Under the pieces are notes generated by a model that did no database searches, was not told the DNA's origin, and worked only from the letters and a program-made list of their open reading frames with translations. A DNA stretch of 62,922 bases, counting the filler, from Conidiobolus incongruus B7586 (lineage: Eukaryota): the NCBI GenBank assembly GCA_000697335.1. It is 8 parts of 8 records of this genome, joined end to end, with 100 filler letters (N's around TTAATTAATTAA, not from the genome) between each part and the next. Parts side by side here need not be neighbours in the genome. Positions count along the whole stretch, not along the records: positions 10,398 to 19,422 come from JNEM01006621.1; positions 19,523 to 31,189 come from JNEM01006622.1; 6 more parts are not named here. One strand, given 5' to 3'. Both the position numbers and the translations under genes were made by a program. Below, one piece after another: positions 12,474 through 26,335 of this stretch; the first letter of the stretch is position 1, and every line of letters starts with the position of its first letter.

Positions 12474-14112
12474 TGTTAATATTTATATTTAATAATGACT
12501 ATCAGTTATTATAAATTTTGATAATGAATCTGAATAGAGTTTGACTGTTTATAAGAATATGTCATTCAATTAGAATGTTGATTAATTATGGGTTAATGAA
12601 GCTGTGCAATTTAACCAGATTTTCATCAAAACAAACAAAAGAAAAAAATTTAAGTACTGAATGGAGAATATGTTTAAAAGTGAGCGCAGTATTATGGTAA
12701 TGTATGGATCATTATGTAAAACATTATATCATGGTATCTTGGTTACTACGTAAGTTTCACTGAGTTGGATTTGCTTGGGATCCGCGAAATTTATATGAGC
12801 GAGAAAAAACTGAGAATTATTAAGGATTGTATAAATATTTAATTTATTTAGAGTTTTGTGTAGTTGAGTATTGAGTTTTGGTAGAGTTAGTAAAGTTGAC
12901 CCAAAATTGGGTTATCAAAATTAAGCTATATACTATAGCTAAAAGCTCAAAATTCAGAATTGATTGATAGAAAAAATGTAATACCATCATATTTCTAGAT
13001 ATTTGCTGAGGACTTACTATCAATCGGTATTATTGCTTATATACTGAGCAGCAAATTCACTGGTATGCTATGATATTGAATTATTAATTCTAATCAACCA
13101 ACCATGATTACGAAATTTAATCAATATTGTGATTTTCTATGGTATATCAATTGTAGTTGAATTGAATAAAGAGCATAATTATACTTATCAATTAATGCAA
13201 TTTTTATTATATATTATATATTGTTATTAAATAAATTACTATGTAACATCAATATTATCAATGATATAATGTAAGAATCGAAACTAGATCAAACATTTTA
13301 GTATTAAATGATGTTTTTAGTAAAACTCTGGTATTTATATTAAATTCTAATGTCTTTATGTTATATGATATTTAATAATATACCACTACTAATGTATCAA
13401 TATAAGCTATTTCTTTGGGTATTGTATAGTTTATCTTGATTATTATCAAAAGATTATAAAATCAAAATACATAACAACAATTTTATATTTAAACAATCGA
13501 ACTGATAAGTTTTTTCCCCTATGTTTTAAACTAATATGAATTATTTTTTATGTTTGAAAATTCAAATCAAATTTCTTAAGATAAAAATATTGATCTTCTT
13601 TTAATACGAAATGAAGCTACATAAATTTTCAGACTTATCAATCAAAATATCATTTAAAAATGGTTATTAAAGATTTGCAATTGTTTGTGATATTTAAAAT
13701 AAATATTGATTCCATTAAAAATTTATCCAATTTCATTTAATAAATTTAACGGATATACTAATTTGTATTCAATAGATTTTAATAAGTATAATTATATAAT
13801 CTCATAGAAAAAATTATTATTATTATTATTATGATTGTTTAGTTGATATAATTTTAAAACAATGACAAAAAGAGTTAATTTTAGAGTTCAAAGTCATACG
13901 TTTATTAAGTGCAAAACACTAATACTAAAAACTGAACCCATAAAATATAAAAATTAATTGATATAAATATTTATATTATTAATCTATTGAGACTGAATTT
14001 TAAATAACTAAAAAATCAAAAAAACACCCTTAATAATTTTAATTTATAAAAACTGTCTATTAAAATTATTTATTACCATTATCTTTCTCTAATATTTTAA
14101 TCATATTTAATT

Positions 14113-14423
14113 ATGTCGTTAAACTGTCAATTATATCATAAAGATAACGAAGGGTATTTGGAAGAAGTAGATTCACAGCACGATAACTCAGAATATCATG
14201 ACGAGTTACTAATGAATGAAACTGAATTACAATTTGAAGAAAATATGAGAACTTTAAACCTTATTTTGGGTGCTGTAATTTTACCTACGATAGGTAGATA
14301 TTTTGGTAGGAAATTTTCTTTTTGGAGTAAGAGCTTTAATATTATTTATTTATCTAAAATTTATTAACATTAATTTTAGTTTGGAAGAGAATTCGTCCCT
14401 TATACTTTACTAATGCCCACTAA
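14113..14423 (+). CDS. MIM2: Mitochondrial import protein Mim2-like (2 exons: 14113-14326, 14380-14423)
   Basis: Acidic N-terminus followed by QFEENMRTLNLILGAVILPTIGRYFGRKFSFW, the Mim2 signature. GT-AG intron at 14327-14379. Confidence 0.75.
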
Positions 14424-15120
14424 TGAAAATATCAATATTGATATATTTTATGTTACTGTTGGTCTTAAATTGGTACTTGATTTTTTAATCCAAAAATTTG
14501 TATTACTTTAAAAATATTAAATATGATATAATATTCGGTATCATATTAGTATCATTATTCTATATAGTTTTTCTTTTTAAAATTCATTATTAGTTTTTCT
14601 GTTGAATATCAATGGTATACTCCCCTTTTCATTTTATTGTTAGATTTAATTCTTGGTTATTTATATCTTAGTTTATTTTCAAAGTATACAACAATCAAAA
14701 CAATTTAATCTTGATTTACAATCTAAGTGTGTATCAAAAATTCTCACTCTGAATTTTTAAGATATCAATCAATTTAATATAGTATATATACAGGAAACAT
14801 TGTATTTCAAAAGTTACCCAAATTCAATGATTTTTACGTCATTAATTATTGATATATAATTATACAATATATATAAAATTCATCTATTTAAATATGGCTT
14901 CAACTAATACAATTGTATGGCATTCATATTTTATTTTAATATTTTGGCTATAGTTATAAATATTAACTATGCTTATAGATTGAACATGAACTATTATGTT
15001 GTTTATTCTTAGATAAAGTTTTTAAATTTATAATTTTAAATTTTAATTAGCAAGATTAGAAAAGGCGAATTATCAATATAAGTAAGTGAAAAATATATGT
15101 TAAAAATTTATAAAAAATGA

Positions 15121-15191
15121 TGCCGTTGCGCGGAATCGAACCGCGGTCTGAGCGGCCACAACGCTTCGTACTACCACTATACTACAACGGC
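15121..15191 (-). tRNA. tRNA-His(GTG)
   Basis: GCCGTTG...CAACGGC-A acceptor stem, TT-GTG-GC anticodon loop, GGTTCGATTCC T-loop, T6 terminator downstream. Confidence 0.95.
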
Positions 15192-16095
15192 CTGAAACTT
15201 CAAAATGAATATTCTTTATATTCAATAATTTCAATTTAATAATTCATATTTTTTCTCTCATCAATTCTCTTCTTTCAAATTTATATCTTTTTATTAATAT
15301 ATTCCTTCAATTTTCATCCACAGTTATTATTATTAATTATTATTATTTACTACATTTGATTCTATTAATAATATTATCAAATCAATTTTTTTCATGACAC
15401 CTTTGAACCATTTTTATGTCTAATTCAAATCTTACATTAATTTTCACAATAATAACTATTTCTTCCAATATTAATTCAATTGGAAATTGAATTTATTGAA
15501 TTATTAGCAATCTATTCTATAATATTTTGAAAATATAATTCGAATAATTTTTGAAATGTTCAATGTAAATAAATTAATCAAATTATAGAAACTAAATACG
15601 TCATAATTCTCTCATCACTCAATCGATCATAAATATGATCTTTCATATTAAATCAAAGATCATCCAATCAAACAAATTTGAAACGTTTACATTAAAATTA
15701 AATTCTAATCCAATTGGTTTAATCTAAATATATTTTCAATCATTTCATTTTCACAATCATTTTAATGCTGTTTCTCATGTTTACAATTAGATATATAAAA
15801 GAATGATTTTATGATATTAAGCCCTTACTATTTACTACAACATATATGCATTATTATTCAGACGAACGAGCTTTTAATTATAAAATTTCCATTCCATTGA
15901 TCCTTGATTTTTATTTTGGCTATTAGTCTTTATTAAATATTCAATTTTTTAATAATTCGAATATAATTATAAATTACTTTACTGATTCAAATTCAAAACA
16001 AACATTAATCTCCCGAGTCCAACTTTTAGAGTTTTTATCAGACAACTTCACCTCCCATTTTCTAATTTCTTACAATTTTGTATTATAATTAAATA

Positions 16096-17553
16096 ATGCT
16101 TAAACAAATTCCTCTTCAATTAATGGAGGCCCTGTCACATTCTGTCAACAGAATAATGAAAGGTATTTCCAGAACGAAATCTCCCTCCGTGAACCCAGCC
16201 CAATTTATGGTGAGACCCACTTATCGAGTTCCGCGAAATCCAGTAGTTTTCTGTCATGGTAAGTGTTGATTCAGTGTATTTTTTTTTCAGCTGAATTACT
16301 TTCACTCGCACTCAACAAATATAAATTAATATGCTGACATTAGTTAGTAAATGGTCTTAACCTTAATTTTTTCTTTAGGACTCTATGGCTTTGATAAACT
16401 AGGTAATTAATTTTAATTAATTTTCAATATTTCTTGTCCCATACATTGAGTTTTATGGTTGATCTATTGTTAATCTTTTATATTGCCCCCTTTTAGTTAA
16501 TGTTTTGAATTGATGATATTTGCTCAATAGTTAATTCAAAACCATATATTTAAATTGGCTAATAGCTCTCATTGTACCTTTGTAATGATCACATATAACA
16601 TAGCAAACTCTTAATATTTTACAATAAAATTGCCAATAAACGATATTAATCATTATATTGTAGGTTTTGAAAAAATACCATTTCTCCAGTTTCATTACTG
16701 GCAAGGCATCTCGGAAGTGTTAGAGAAGATGGGAGTCAAAATTATAGTTGCCAAGGTAGCCAGGTAAGCTTAATAATCCTACCATTTATAAATTCCTTTA
16801 TTTATCTTTTGTAGAACTGGTGGTATCCACACGAGAGGCCAACAACTTCATGATTTGATTGCTACAAAACTTCCAAATCAAAAAGTGAACCTAATAGGCC
16901 ATTCCATGGGTGGACTTGATTCCAGATATCTAATATCACATATTCGCCCTACAGAGTTCCAAGTATCTTCTCTAACAACAATTAGTACACCCCATAGAGG
17001 AAGTGGGTTTATGGACTGGTGTCGAGACAACTTAAGGATTGGAATGAGCAAAGAAACTCTGGAGGATCGTATCCCCAACGATAACATTAGGCAAAATTGG
17101 TTTGAAAACTTCATGAAAATGCTAGACACTCCAGCTTATGCACATTTGACATCGGACTACCTCCAGAAAAAATTCAATCCATCAACGCCTGACGATCCTA
17201 ATATCAAGTACTACTCTTACTCAGCATATTTAGACCAAATGCATTATTTGAGCATCCTCCATCTTCCCTGGAGCATCATCAATGCTAAAGAGGGTAAAAA
17301 CGATGGCCTAGTCAGTGTTGAGAGTGCCAAGTGGGGCAAACACATGGGGACTGTTCGAGCTAATCATTTTGATCTCGTTGCTGGATTCCGATTGGTTACA
17401 ATGATGGGTGAGTGGATCGGATTGAAGGGATACAGGGATCCTTTGTTAATGCCTTGCAATACTCAATTCTTTTTAAAAAACAATGAAAACGAATTTGATA
17501 GGATTGAATTTTATATTAGTGTCATGAACCATTTGTATGAAGAAGGCCATTAA
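16096..17553 (+). CDS. TGL2: Triacylglycerol lipase, Tgl2/lipase 2 family (4 exons)
   Basis: Spliced PRNPVVFCHG|LYGFD, HYWQGI, GHSMGGLDSR nucleophile elbow, STPHRGS, NDGLVSVESAKWG and ANHFDL. Confidence 0.88.
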
Positions 17554-17644
17554 AGCTATTCGTCTAGGTTTTATTAATAATGTAATCAAAATCAATAAAA
17601 ATACAAAAAAATTTACCTCATTTTTTTATTTTCAATATAATATT

Positions 17645-17971
17645 TACACTGGTTGGAAAGTCAGGTGTCTAATAACTTTTAAGTAACCGTCTTCCGTGAC
17701 GGCGCCTGTTAGGTGATATGAAAGGGGTAATTTATTCCTTAACCTGGATTGTTTGGCAGTATCCTAGGAAGAGAACCGACGTGACAACTTGGTCGTAGCC
17801 GGCATATTTATAGTTGCTTGATAGGTCTTCTCAATATAACAGTGGCACGTCGGGTGGAATGATTGAATCGCAGTTTGGGTGTATATGTTAGTCACGCTGT
17901 AGATGGATCTATAACGGAGTCCTCAAATGATCTGAATTGTTAAAGTTGAACGGATCTTCCGGCCTGTGACA
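17645..17971 (-). mobile_element. Probable solo LTR
   Basis: CpG-rich non-coding island in AT-rich DNA ending GTGACA, with an end related to 3632-3889. No clean TSD found. Confidence 0.5.
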
Positions 17972-18924
17972 ATATATTATTAATTGATTATTGAAATATT
18001 TGATTTAATATCAAGCTGAAATAATGTTAAAATTTGAATTTTAATATTAACAAATATTAAGGAAAATTTTGGTACGATCAGTAAGATCAAATTCGTAAAC
18101 ATTTGAAATTGAAATGGATTGAATTTTATTCATAGATATATTGACCATTTACCATCATATTCAATATATATATATATATATATATTTGAATTGAATTTAA
18201 AATTTGAATACACATATTTTTCACAAATTATAAAAATCAAAATATTAAAAAGTACCGGTGATTTAAAATATAATATTTTTGTAAACATGTATTCTTCTGG
18301 TTTGCCATTGCCAATTTTTATTATAAAAATTTATGTATTACCTGATGTATTGGTTAATAATTATACTAACTAATCATTATATCTTTAATTACAGCTTAGA
18401 TATGTTTTATTAAAATAATTGCTTTCATTTCACAATTAAAACTTTCAATTTTACTTTTGGTACATTATATCCAAATACAAAATTACAATGAAACCCATCA
18501 ATATAAATTTATTCAAAATTGTTTATCTAATTTTTTATAAACTTTGAAATCAATAAATTATATTTTTTTATATTTGTTTAAATTGAATAAATTTTTTTTA
18601 AAAGGATAAAACTAATATTTGAATTTCAATAGAAATTTAATACAATTAAATCATAATTATCAGCAGAATTATTATTGATATATCAATATTTACTATTGAT
18701 AAAACCGATCCTATATTAAGATAATATCATAAAAAAAGCTTATATATTCATTATAGTTTTTTATACATAAAATATATAACATTAGTCAATTCATCAGTAT
18801 ATATAAATGATATTTAAATTTTAACAGAATATGATAATATTTTGATTAATGTAAAACTCTTACAATATTATTTATATGAAATTTCAATTAATAAAAACAG
18901 CATTAATATAATATTAATATATTA

Positions 18925-19422
18925 TTAGTATAGAAATTATATAATGGTATAATTTTGAAATTAAAATAATATAAATAAATTAATAAAAAAATATATAATT
19001 TAATAAATAATATAAAATTAATATATTCCTTTATTATTAATAATTATTTTCTATTCTTTTGGCAACCTTTTAATATTAAAAAAAGTTTTTTTATTAAAGA
19101 CTAAAATTTAATATTTTATAAACTAATTTATTTGAAGGAATTTTTTTCCTATAAGCTAATTTTTTAATTGACTAAAACAATTATAATTATATAAGTTATA
19201 ATTAAGTGAATATAATAGTTATAATAGCTTTCTTTAATTTTTTTATATAATAAATCTTTTACAGCTTTAATTTTATATATTTTATAATTATTATGCAAAA
19301 TAATAAGTATTTTTAATTTATATCAAGAATTTTATTTAAAAATACTTTTATTTTAAAAAAATAATATATAATTTATTATTAATTAAATTTCCTTCAGATA
19401 TTAAATAAGAAAATTATATATA
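18925..19422 (-). mobile_element. Mariner copy, 3' half with TIR, truncated by gap
   Basis: Starts TA|TTAGTATAGAAATT and is collinear with 19623-20130. Confidence 0.8.
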
Positions 19423-19622
19423 NNNNNNNNNNNNNNNNNNNNNNNNNNNNNNNNNNNNNNNNNNNNTTAATTAATTAANNNNNNNNNNNNNNNNNNNNNN
19501 NNNNNNNNNNNNNNNNNNNNNNTATTATTTATATTAAATATTATATTGATATCAAAAAGTATTTTAATTATAATTTAATAATATTAATTGACCTAAACCT
19601 GAATTTTTTAATTTATAAAATA

Positions 19623-20884
19623 TTAGTATAGAAATTAAGTAATGATATAATTTTAAAATTAAAATTAAACAAATAAATTAATAAATAATATATAAAAATT
19701 AATTAATAATATAAAATTAATAGCCTTTTTTATTATTAATAACTCTTTTCTATACCTTTAGTAAGCTTTTAATATTTAAAAAATAATTCTTTTTATTAAA
19801 GACTGAAATTTAATGTTTTATAAACCAATTTAATTTGTTTACAAGAATTTTTTTTCTTGTAAGCTATTTTTTTAATTGTCTAAAACAATTATAATCACAT
19901 AAGTTATAATCAAGTAAATATACTAGATGTGGTAACTCCCTTTAATTTTTTTTATATAAAAAATCTTTTATAGCTTTAACTTTATATATTTTACAATTAT
20001 TATATAAAATAATAGATGTTTTTAATTTATATTGAGAATACTATTTAAAAATTGTTTTATTTAAAAAAATAATATATAACTTATTATTAATTGATTTTCC
20101 TTAAGATATTAAATAAGAAAATTATATACTATTATAATCTATTACAATAATTAATATTCACTTATATTTAAAGTATTTATTCATTAGAATTTATAGAGGG
20201 GATTAATTTAGCTTAACTTAATATTTTGTTTTATTTTTAAGTAAAAGATTATATAAAAAATTTAAGATTCATCAATTATAAATATTTACTATAAAAACCT
20301 TTGTTTTTAGTTATACTTTAATAAATTTAATTTAATTATAATTACTCTAGTTTTCTTTTAAGCTTTTGTTAAATTATAAAATATCTATTTTATATTTTTA
20401 TTAATTAAGTTTAAACTTAAGTAAATATAATATACTTATATAATTAATATTAAATTACTTTAATAATTCTCTAATAGAAATAAAAAGATATTTCTTAATA
20501 TATTTTTTTACTCTATTAATAAGTAAAAAAATAATAGTAGAAATTAGTTTTTTAAATTTTAGTAAATTTTAAATAATGTCCCTTTTAGCTTTAAAATCAC
20601 AAATCTAGCAATATATGGTAGTTTTAAATAAAACACTATCTTTATAAGTTATTTACAAGTTTTAGATGATTTTAAAGGGTTTATAATTAAGTTTTAAAAA
20701 TACAAAAATAAAAGCTTTTTAATAATTACAATCTAGTTTAAGTATAATTAAATTTAAGTATAAATTTTAAAATCAAAATATTTTAATTAAAATTGAATAT
20801 ATATATATATAATCTTTCAAAATGTATAATATGTTTGAAAGATCAGAAATTAAAAAATTTGCCATTTTTTAATTTCTATACTAA
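19623..20884 (-). mobile_element. Full-length (~1.26 kb) hypermutated mariner element
   Basis: TIRs TTAGTATAGAAATTAA... and ...TTAATTTCTATACTAA flanked by TA at 19621-19622 and 20885-20886. Internally collinear with the transposase relics at 1-136 and 1230-1526. Confidence 0.88.
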
Positions 20885-21759
20885 TAGGTTATAAAGGATA
20901 TATTTTATATTAATTATATGATTTGTATAAAAATAATTGGATATATATATATATATATAATAGCTTAAGAAAATTCTCAACAATTATATAAATATCATAA
21001 TTGTTTAAATTTATATTCTATGTGATATCATTTCAAATATTGATTCAATAATTTCTAATAAATTATTTATTTGAACTGTAAATATTTCAATATGGTATAA
21101 TTATTAATTAAAGCAATAATTGAGTAGAAAACTAATTAAAAAAGATTATCAATATATTTTAATAAATGATATTCAAGAAGAATTAAGGTTGAAATATCTA
21201 AGATAATGGAATAATAAGAAATAATAATTCATTAAAATGAATAAAAGGATGCATATAATTAATATTAAAATTAGGTGAAATATTGAAAAATTAAAAATGA
21301 TTGAAATTTGATATATTAATAAAAATAAAATTTGGAGAGAAGATGAAAATAAATATTAAAGTATATACGAAGGAAAAGTATAACAAATAAAGGATTGGAA
21401 AAAATTAAAATTATCACAAATATGTATTATATCAAAATAAAATAAAATATTGATGTTGGAATCGTAAATAACATAAATCATATGAGAAAAAAAACGATAA
21501 CTCTCGAACGAACTACTATTTGGAGAAAATTTCAGAGAATAAAACTTGCAGCTGGAAAATCGATTATCAAAAGTGGGAAAGGTCCTAAGTTAAAATTATT
21601 TTAATATGTCAAAAGAATGGTACAAATATGTGTATTAAATTAAAATATTTAAATATGCTGGTATAATATATTTCTAGCACGATAATACATAGCCCTTTGG
21701 GACTTGGCATACACCCATTTATTACAGTTGGTTTTGCCCAAAAGTTATATGCACCTAAC

Positions 21760-23062
21760 TTAGAAAGTGGAGGGGCGCTTAGATTGGTACAAAGAAGCGT
21801 GAGCCTTGCTGGAGGGCTTGACAACACGGTGGGGCAAGGGGAAGGAGAGTTTGTTGTTCTAATTGAAGAGTTAGTATCAATTTTGATCTGGTATTGAAAT
21901 ATGGTATTTACCAAGAGTTGCTTGATGTAGGGACGACGGACATCCTTGGAGGCAATTTCAGCGACACGGATGATTTGGATAGATCTGGAACGAGCACGGT
22001 GACGAGAGGCCATATCTTGATCTAAAAACAGGATTAATAAATTTGGCTTGTGCTTATATTTTATAAAGCTTACAGCAAGCGTGGACGGCATCGGCACGGG
22101 TGAGTTCACGGTATTCCTTGTACATATTGTGGGTACCGGAACGGGAGTCATAACGGAGCCAGATGGCGAAGTTCTTGACCTTTTGGGGTCTCTTTTCGAA
22201 GATCTAATTGCAAAATTAGTGGTAAATATTGACAATGAATAAGATTAAATTACTTCGTTGACGGCAACAATTTCACCGGAAGTCTTCTTGACCTTGGAAA
22301 CCTTCTTTAAGAAGTACCAGTAGCGAGACTTGGCAACAATTTCGTTGGGAGCGAAGAGTCTCATGCGGTATAATCTGGGAACGGGCTCCTTCTCAGTGGG
22401 GAGTCTACGTCCGATGACTTGATATTCGTGCAACTGTAAATAAATCTGCGTTAGAACTTTTGCGATATAATATTTAGTGATATATTTTATTGTATGATGT
22501 ATTATTAAAAGTATTATTGTTGGATATCTAGATGGTTGTATCTTTAATTCATTTCAAAATCTCCATTCACATTATGATCACTTATTTTGATTTTTATATT
22601 TTGATTTTTCAATTAGTTGTTTGTATTTTTATTATTACTTACTCTACTCATGTTAAAAATAAAATTCGAGCAGAGGTTTCTTTGCTATCGAAAAAGAGGA
22701 GCTTGTTTCCAATAATTTTGTATAGTTTTTACCAAACCAAACTTTTTGCACTTCTTTTATCCCACAACTTCATTTGAAATATTTTAAAATCATAATAATA
22801 ATCTTTTTCCCAATTCATTTTTAAGCTTTTAAATTTAATAATGTTTATCAAATTTGATTTTTCTGTTTTATAAAATAAAACTTCTCTTCATTGCCTCAAT
22901 CTAATAATTCTCTTAATTATTTATCATTATTACGTATGTCATTGTAGCTCATGATATTTTACAATTTTAATCATATATTTTATCAACTAAAATATTTTTT
23001 ATATTCAAGTCTATATTTTAACTTCAATTTTATTTACTAACAACCTGTTTAGAAACGTTCAT
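21760..23062 (-). CDS. RPL20: 60S ribosomal protein eL20 (L18a/L20), multi-exon
   Basis: [13 protein letters not shown]...[57 protein letters not shown]...RPSTF*. The first exon MNVSKQ (23062-23045) is inferred. Confidence 0.93.
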
Positions 23063-24231
23063 TTCGTTCGATTTGATTTTATCTATGTCTTTTTTACTGT
23101 TGATATTCAATTTTTTTATTTTGCAAACTACTATATCAACTATATAACATTAAATAATAGCTTATTCTTATATTTAACACTGCTTTCAAATAACATAGTA
23201 ACATTCAATCTTATTTTTCAAAGTTTGATATATTACTAGTTTATGTGTGAATTTTTAGCATCTTTATTCAGACTAATTTCGTCACTTGAATTTTAAATAA
23301 TTGGTATAAAATGATTTAAAAAATAGTTTGATTGGATACAATATGAATTTTATATCTAGTTATATAAAATATCATTCCGATTATATTTATTTGACATAAT
23401 TGTTAAAATACACTCTTAATATTGAACAAATTTATTGAAATTAATTCTCAAATATAAATTTAATTAAGTAGTTTGAGAATTATTTTATTATTTTATTATT
23501 TGAGCTAAATGTAAATGTTTCATATTTTGAGAAATATATTAACCAAAATCCGTATTTCATATATTGATATTTTTATTTTTACTTCTTTTGAATACATCAA
23601 TATTTCTGTTATTTTAGTAACTGAAATAGTATATATCAAATTTAGTAAAAAAATATTTGCTTATAAAATTTGGTAGAACAGGTATATCAAGAAAATTGAG
23701 CGCTAGAAATATATTGTGTTTATACAGATTTTATTTTATTTTGAAAACGTTTCCATTTAGAAAATTTGACCTATAAATTAGTGATGAATAATAACTTAAA
23801 ACGTATTTCTAGAATAAGTTTAAAAACTACTTTAATATTTTAATTTTATTTATATATTGATATATTAACAGGGCAAAAAAAGCTCCTGATGAAAAGTGTA
23901 TAACAAATTTTATATTCAAATTGGGTATTAATTTCAATGCTATAATCATTTTGACAAGGTAATTAAAAATTGAATATAACATAAAAATACAGAAACAATA
24001 ATGTTTAACTTCAATCATAATTTCAAAATATTTTCGTTTCCTCACTATACTTGAAAATATAATTGAAAGAATGGGTAATATGGTGAAAATATTTGTCCTG
24101 AAATATAATTAAAATAAAAATAACAACATAATACTTGTTTTAATGAGAGTATCCAATAATGAATATTCAATTATTATCTAATTTGTGAGAACAAATATAA
24201 ACATAAAATATACAATGGTGGTTGATATCAG

Positions 24232-26335
24232 CTATTTCCAAGGATCAAGCTCTTTATCAGGTCCCAGATAGTCTCTATTTTGTATTCTTCTATATTCTTC
24301 ATCTTTGTTTTTGCCCCATGTTCCACGGAAAGGTAATGATCCCCAGGCAGGATTTTCTCCCACAAGCTCCCTATCTGGATTAAAATCTTGAATATATGAA
24401 TCAGCATGTGGGCGTGAAGGAATTGGCTGGGGCTGAGACTGAGACTGAGACTGAGACTGAGAATGTGGTTCTGCATTATTTGGCAGGGCTCTTGAGTTGT
24501 TAATGGGCGTTCCAGCTTGAATTGGCGAATGACGAGATTTACTGATTTTAGAATTGGGACGAGAATTATTATGGAGCTTAGGCCTGAGTAATAAATATGA
24601 AGGTGGCTCAATAGTTGGGATGTTATAATCACCATAGTCGAGATTTCGACATGATTTATACAAGTTTTCAGCCTCAATGTCTCTTTCTACATCACTAAAT
24701 GATAACTCTATACTAGGAAAGCTTATATAAGTACTTTCTCTAGCAGATTCTCTTCTCTGAGGAATAAGACTTTCATTAGAATTATTTGAGCTATTGGAAT
24801 TTGGATCTACCCAATATTTGCTCTGACCTCCTCTTGAGTACCTTAAGCCTTCCATCATTCTGTTTCGTCTTCCAGCCTCAGAAGGTGAAGCACCTTCAAC
24901 TGGCTCAAATGTTCGATAGTTAAAATGGGTTCCTGAGTATGTTTCTTTTGAATCCAGTATAATATCTCTAATTCCTAGTGCATCTCTAATGGCATAATAA
25001 AGCTTGAGGCGAACAACTATTCCGTTAGGTCTTTTGTAATCTGAAATAGAAAATGCATAACTTTGAGCTAATGCGGCAAATAACATTTCAAAACATATCA
25101 TTGAATCTTGAAGAGCAACAGCGGTATGCTCAGCAGAAAATCCTGGTCCTGAAATTCAATATGGTTAGTGATAATTTGAAACAATTAATAAGTGTAATTT
25201 TACCTAGACTGATTAAACCAGTCGATACGAGGATAGATATAGCTAAACCTTGCCAAAAAGAAAAGAAAATAATGGCCTTTACACATAAGAATTTAGCCAA
25301 GGGTCTAAATGGATATAAATTAATATTTAGCTTAAAAATAGACGGTGGGGAAATTACCTATAATCTTTTAAATCCTTTTTGGTTGTTTGAAAGAATATTG
25401 CTAAACAATATAAACTTATTGAAACGCTCAAGTTATAAATAAAAGTTATATAAAAGTAACCCGAAGTAAGAGATAAATTTCCATCATCAAACTTTTCAAT
25501 ATATTTCAAATATAATGTAGCAAAGGTAATTACAGGTTTTACATACACATATTGAAGAATTCCTCTCTAATAAACAAAAGTTGTTCCATTATTAATAGTG
25601 GACTTTAAACTTTTGAAATATATTTCTAATATTGAATATTTACTTACTTTAATAAATAAAAATGAATAAGGGTCTCCAACCTTAAAATATATAAGTTGAA
25701 TAATTCAATTAAATACACAATATATTAAATACCTCTATTTCTTTCTTAAAATAATATACTGGCCAAAGATGCTGAGTTGGTTCACGATTATGAAGTAGGA
25801 TAATAAGTGCTCTTTCGCCTCCTAAATAGTTTACCATAAGAGTAAAGAAGCAGTAAATGACAAATGCCTGAATAACAAATCGTTATAGTGATATGTATAT
25901 TTAACTAGATGATATAATTTTACCTCATACATGTCTCTAAGAGCATCTACATAAAATGCTGCATTTAATGAAACTAGGCTGATATAAGAAGAGAGTGCAA
26001 AAACTGGAGTCCTACATAAATTAAATTTTAAATTCAAATTATTTCAAATTTTAATATTAATAGCTTACATCCATAATACCCGAATAACAAACCTCTGAAG
26101 ATTCTATGTTATAAATTGCATTAGAAATTGTTTATGAAAAAGATATATTAATAATTACTGGTCTAGAATAATTTTTTAAATGAGAAGCAATAGTGAAGAG
26201 ACTGATTAAGGTAGCAATTATTGATAAAATTAAACAGATTTGTACGAATTTTTTCCCAAGTTTATCACCTGCTCCTCCTGAGTTATCAGAAGCGTCTTCT
26301 TCGATATCAAAAACATAAGGATATTTTAATAACAT
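24232..26335 (-). CDS. Organic solute transporter OSTalpha/TMEM184 family membrane protein (Hfl1-like), multi-exon
   Basis: HLKNYSRP, DALRDMYEAF, GDPYSFLFIKRGILQYVYVKP, SVSISLYCL, KFLCVKAIIFFSFWQG and ICFEM, followed by a disordered C-terminal tail with an SQ repeat. Confidence 0.9.

Noticed and set aside
17781..17805. GTGACA followed by TGGTCGTAGCCGGCA, resembling an LTR end plus a tRNA-Ser PBS
   Set aside because: Imperfect match (extra base), with no second LTR or internal domain following; probably chance.
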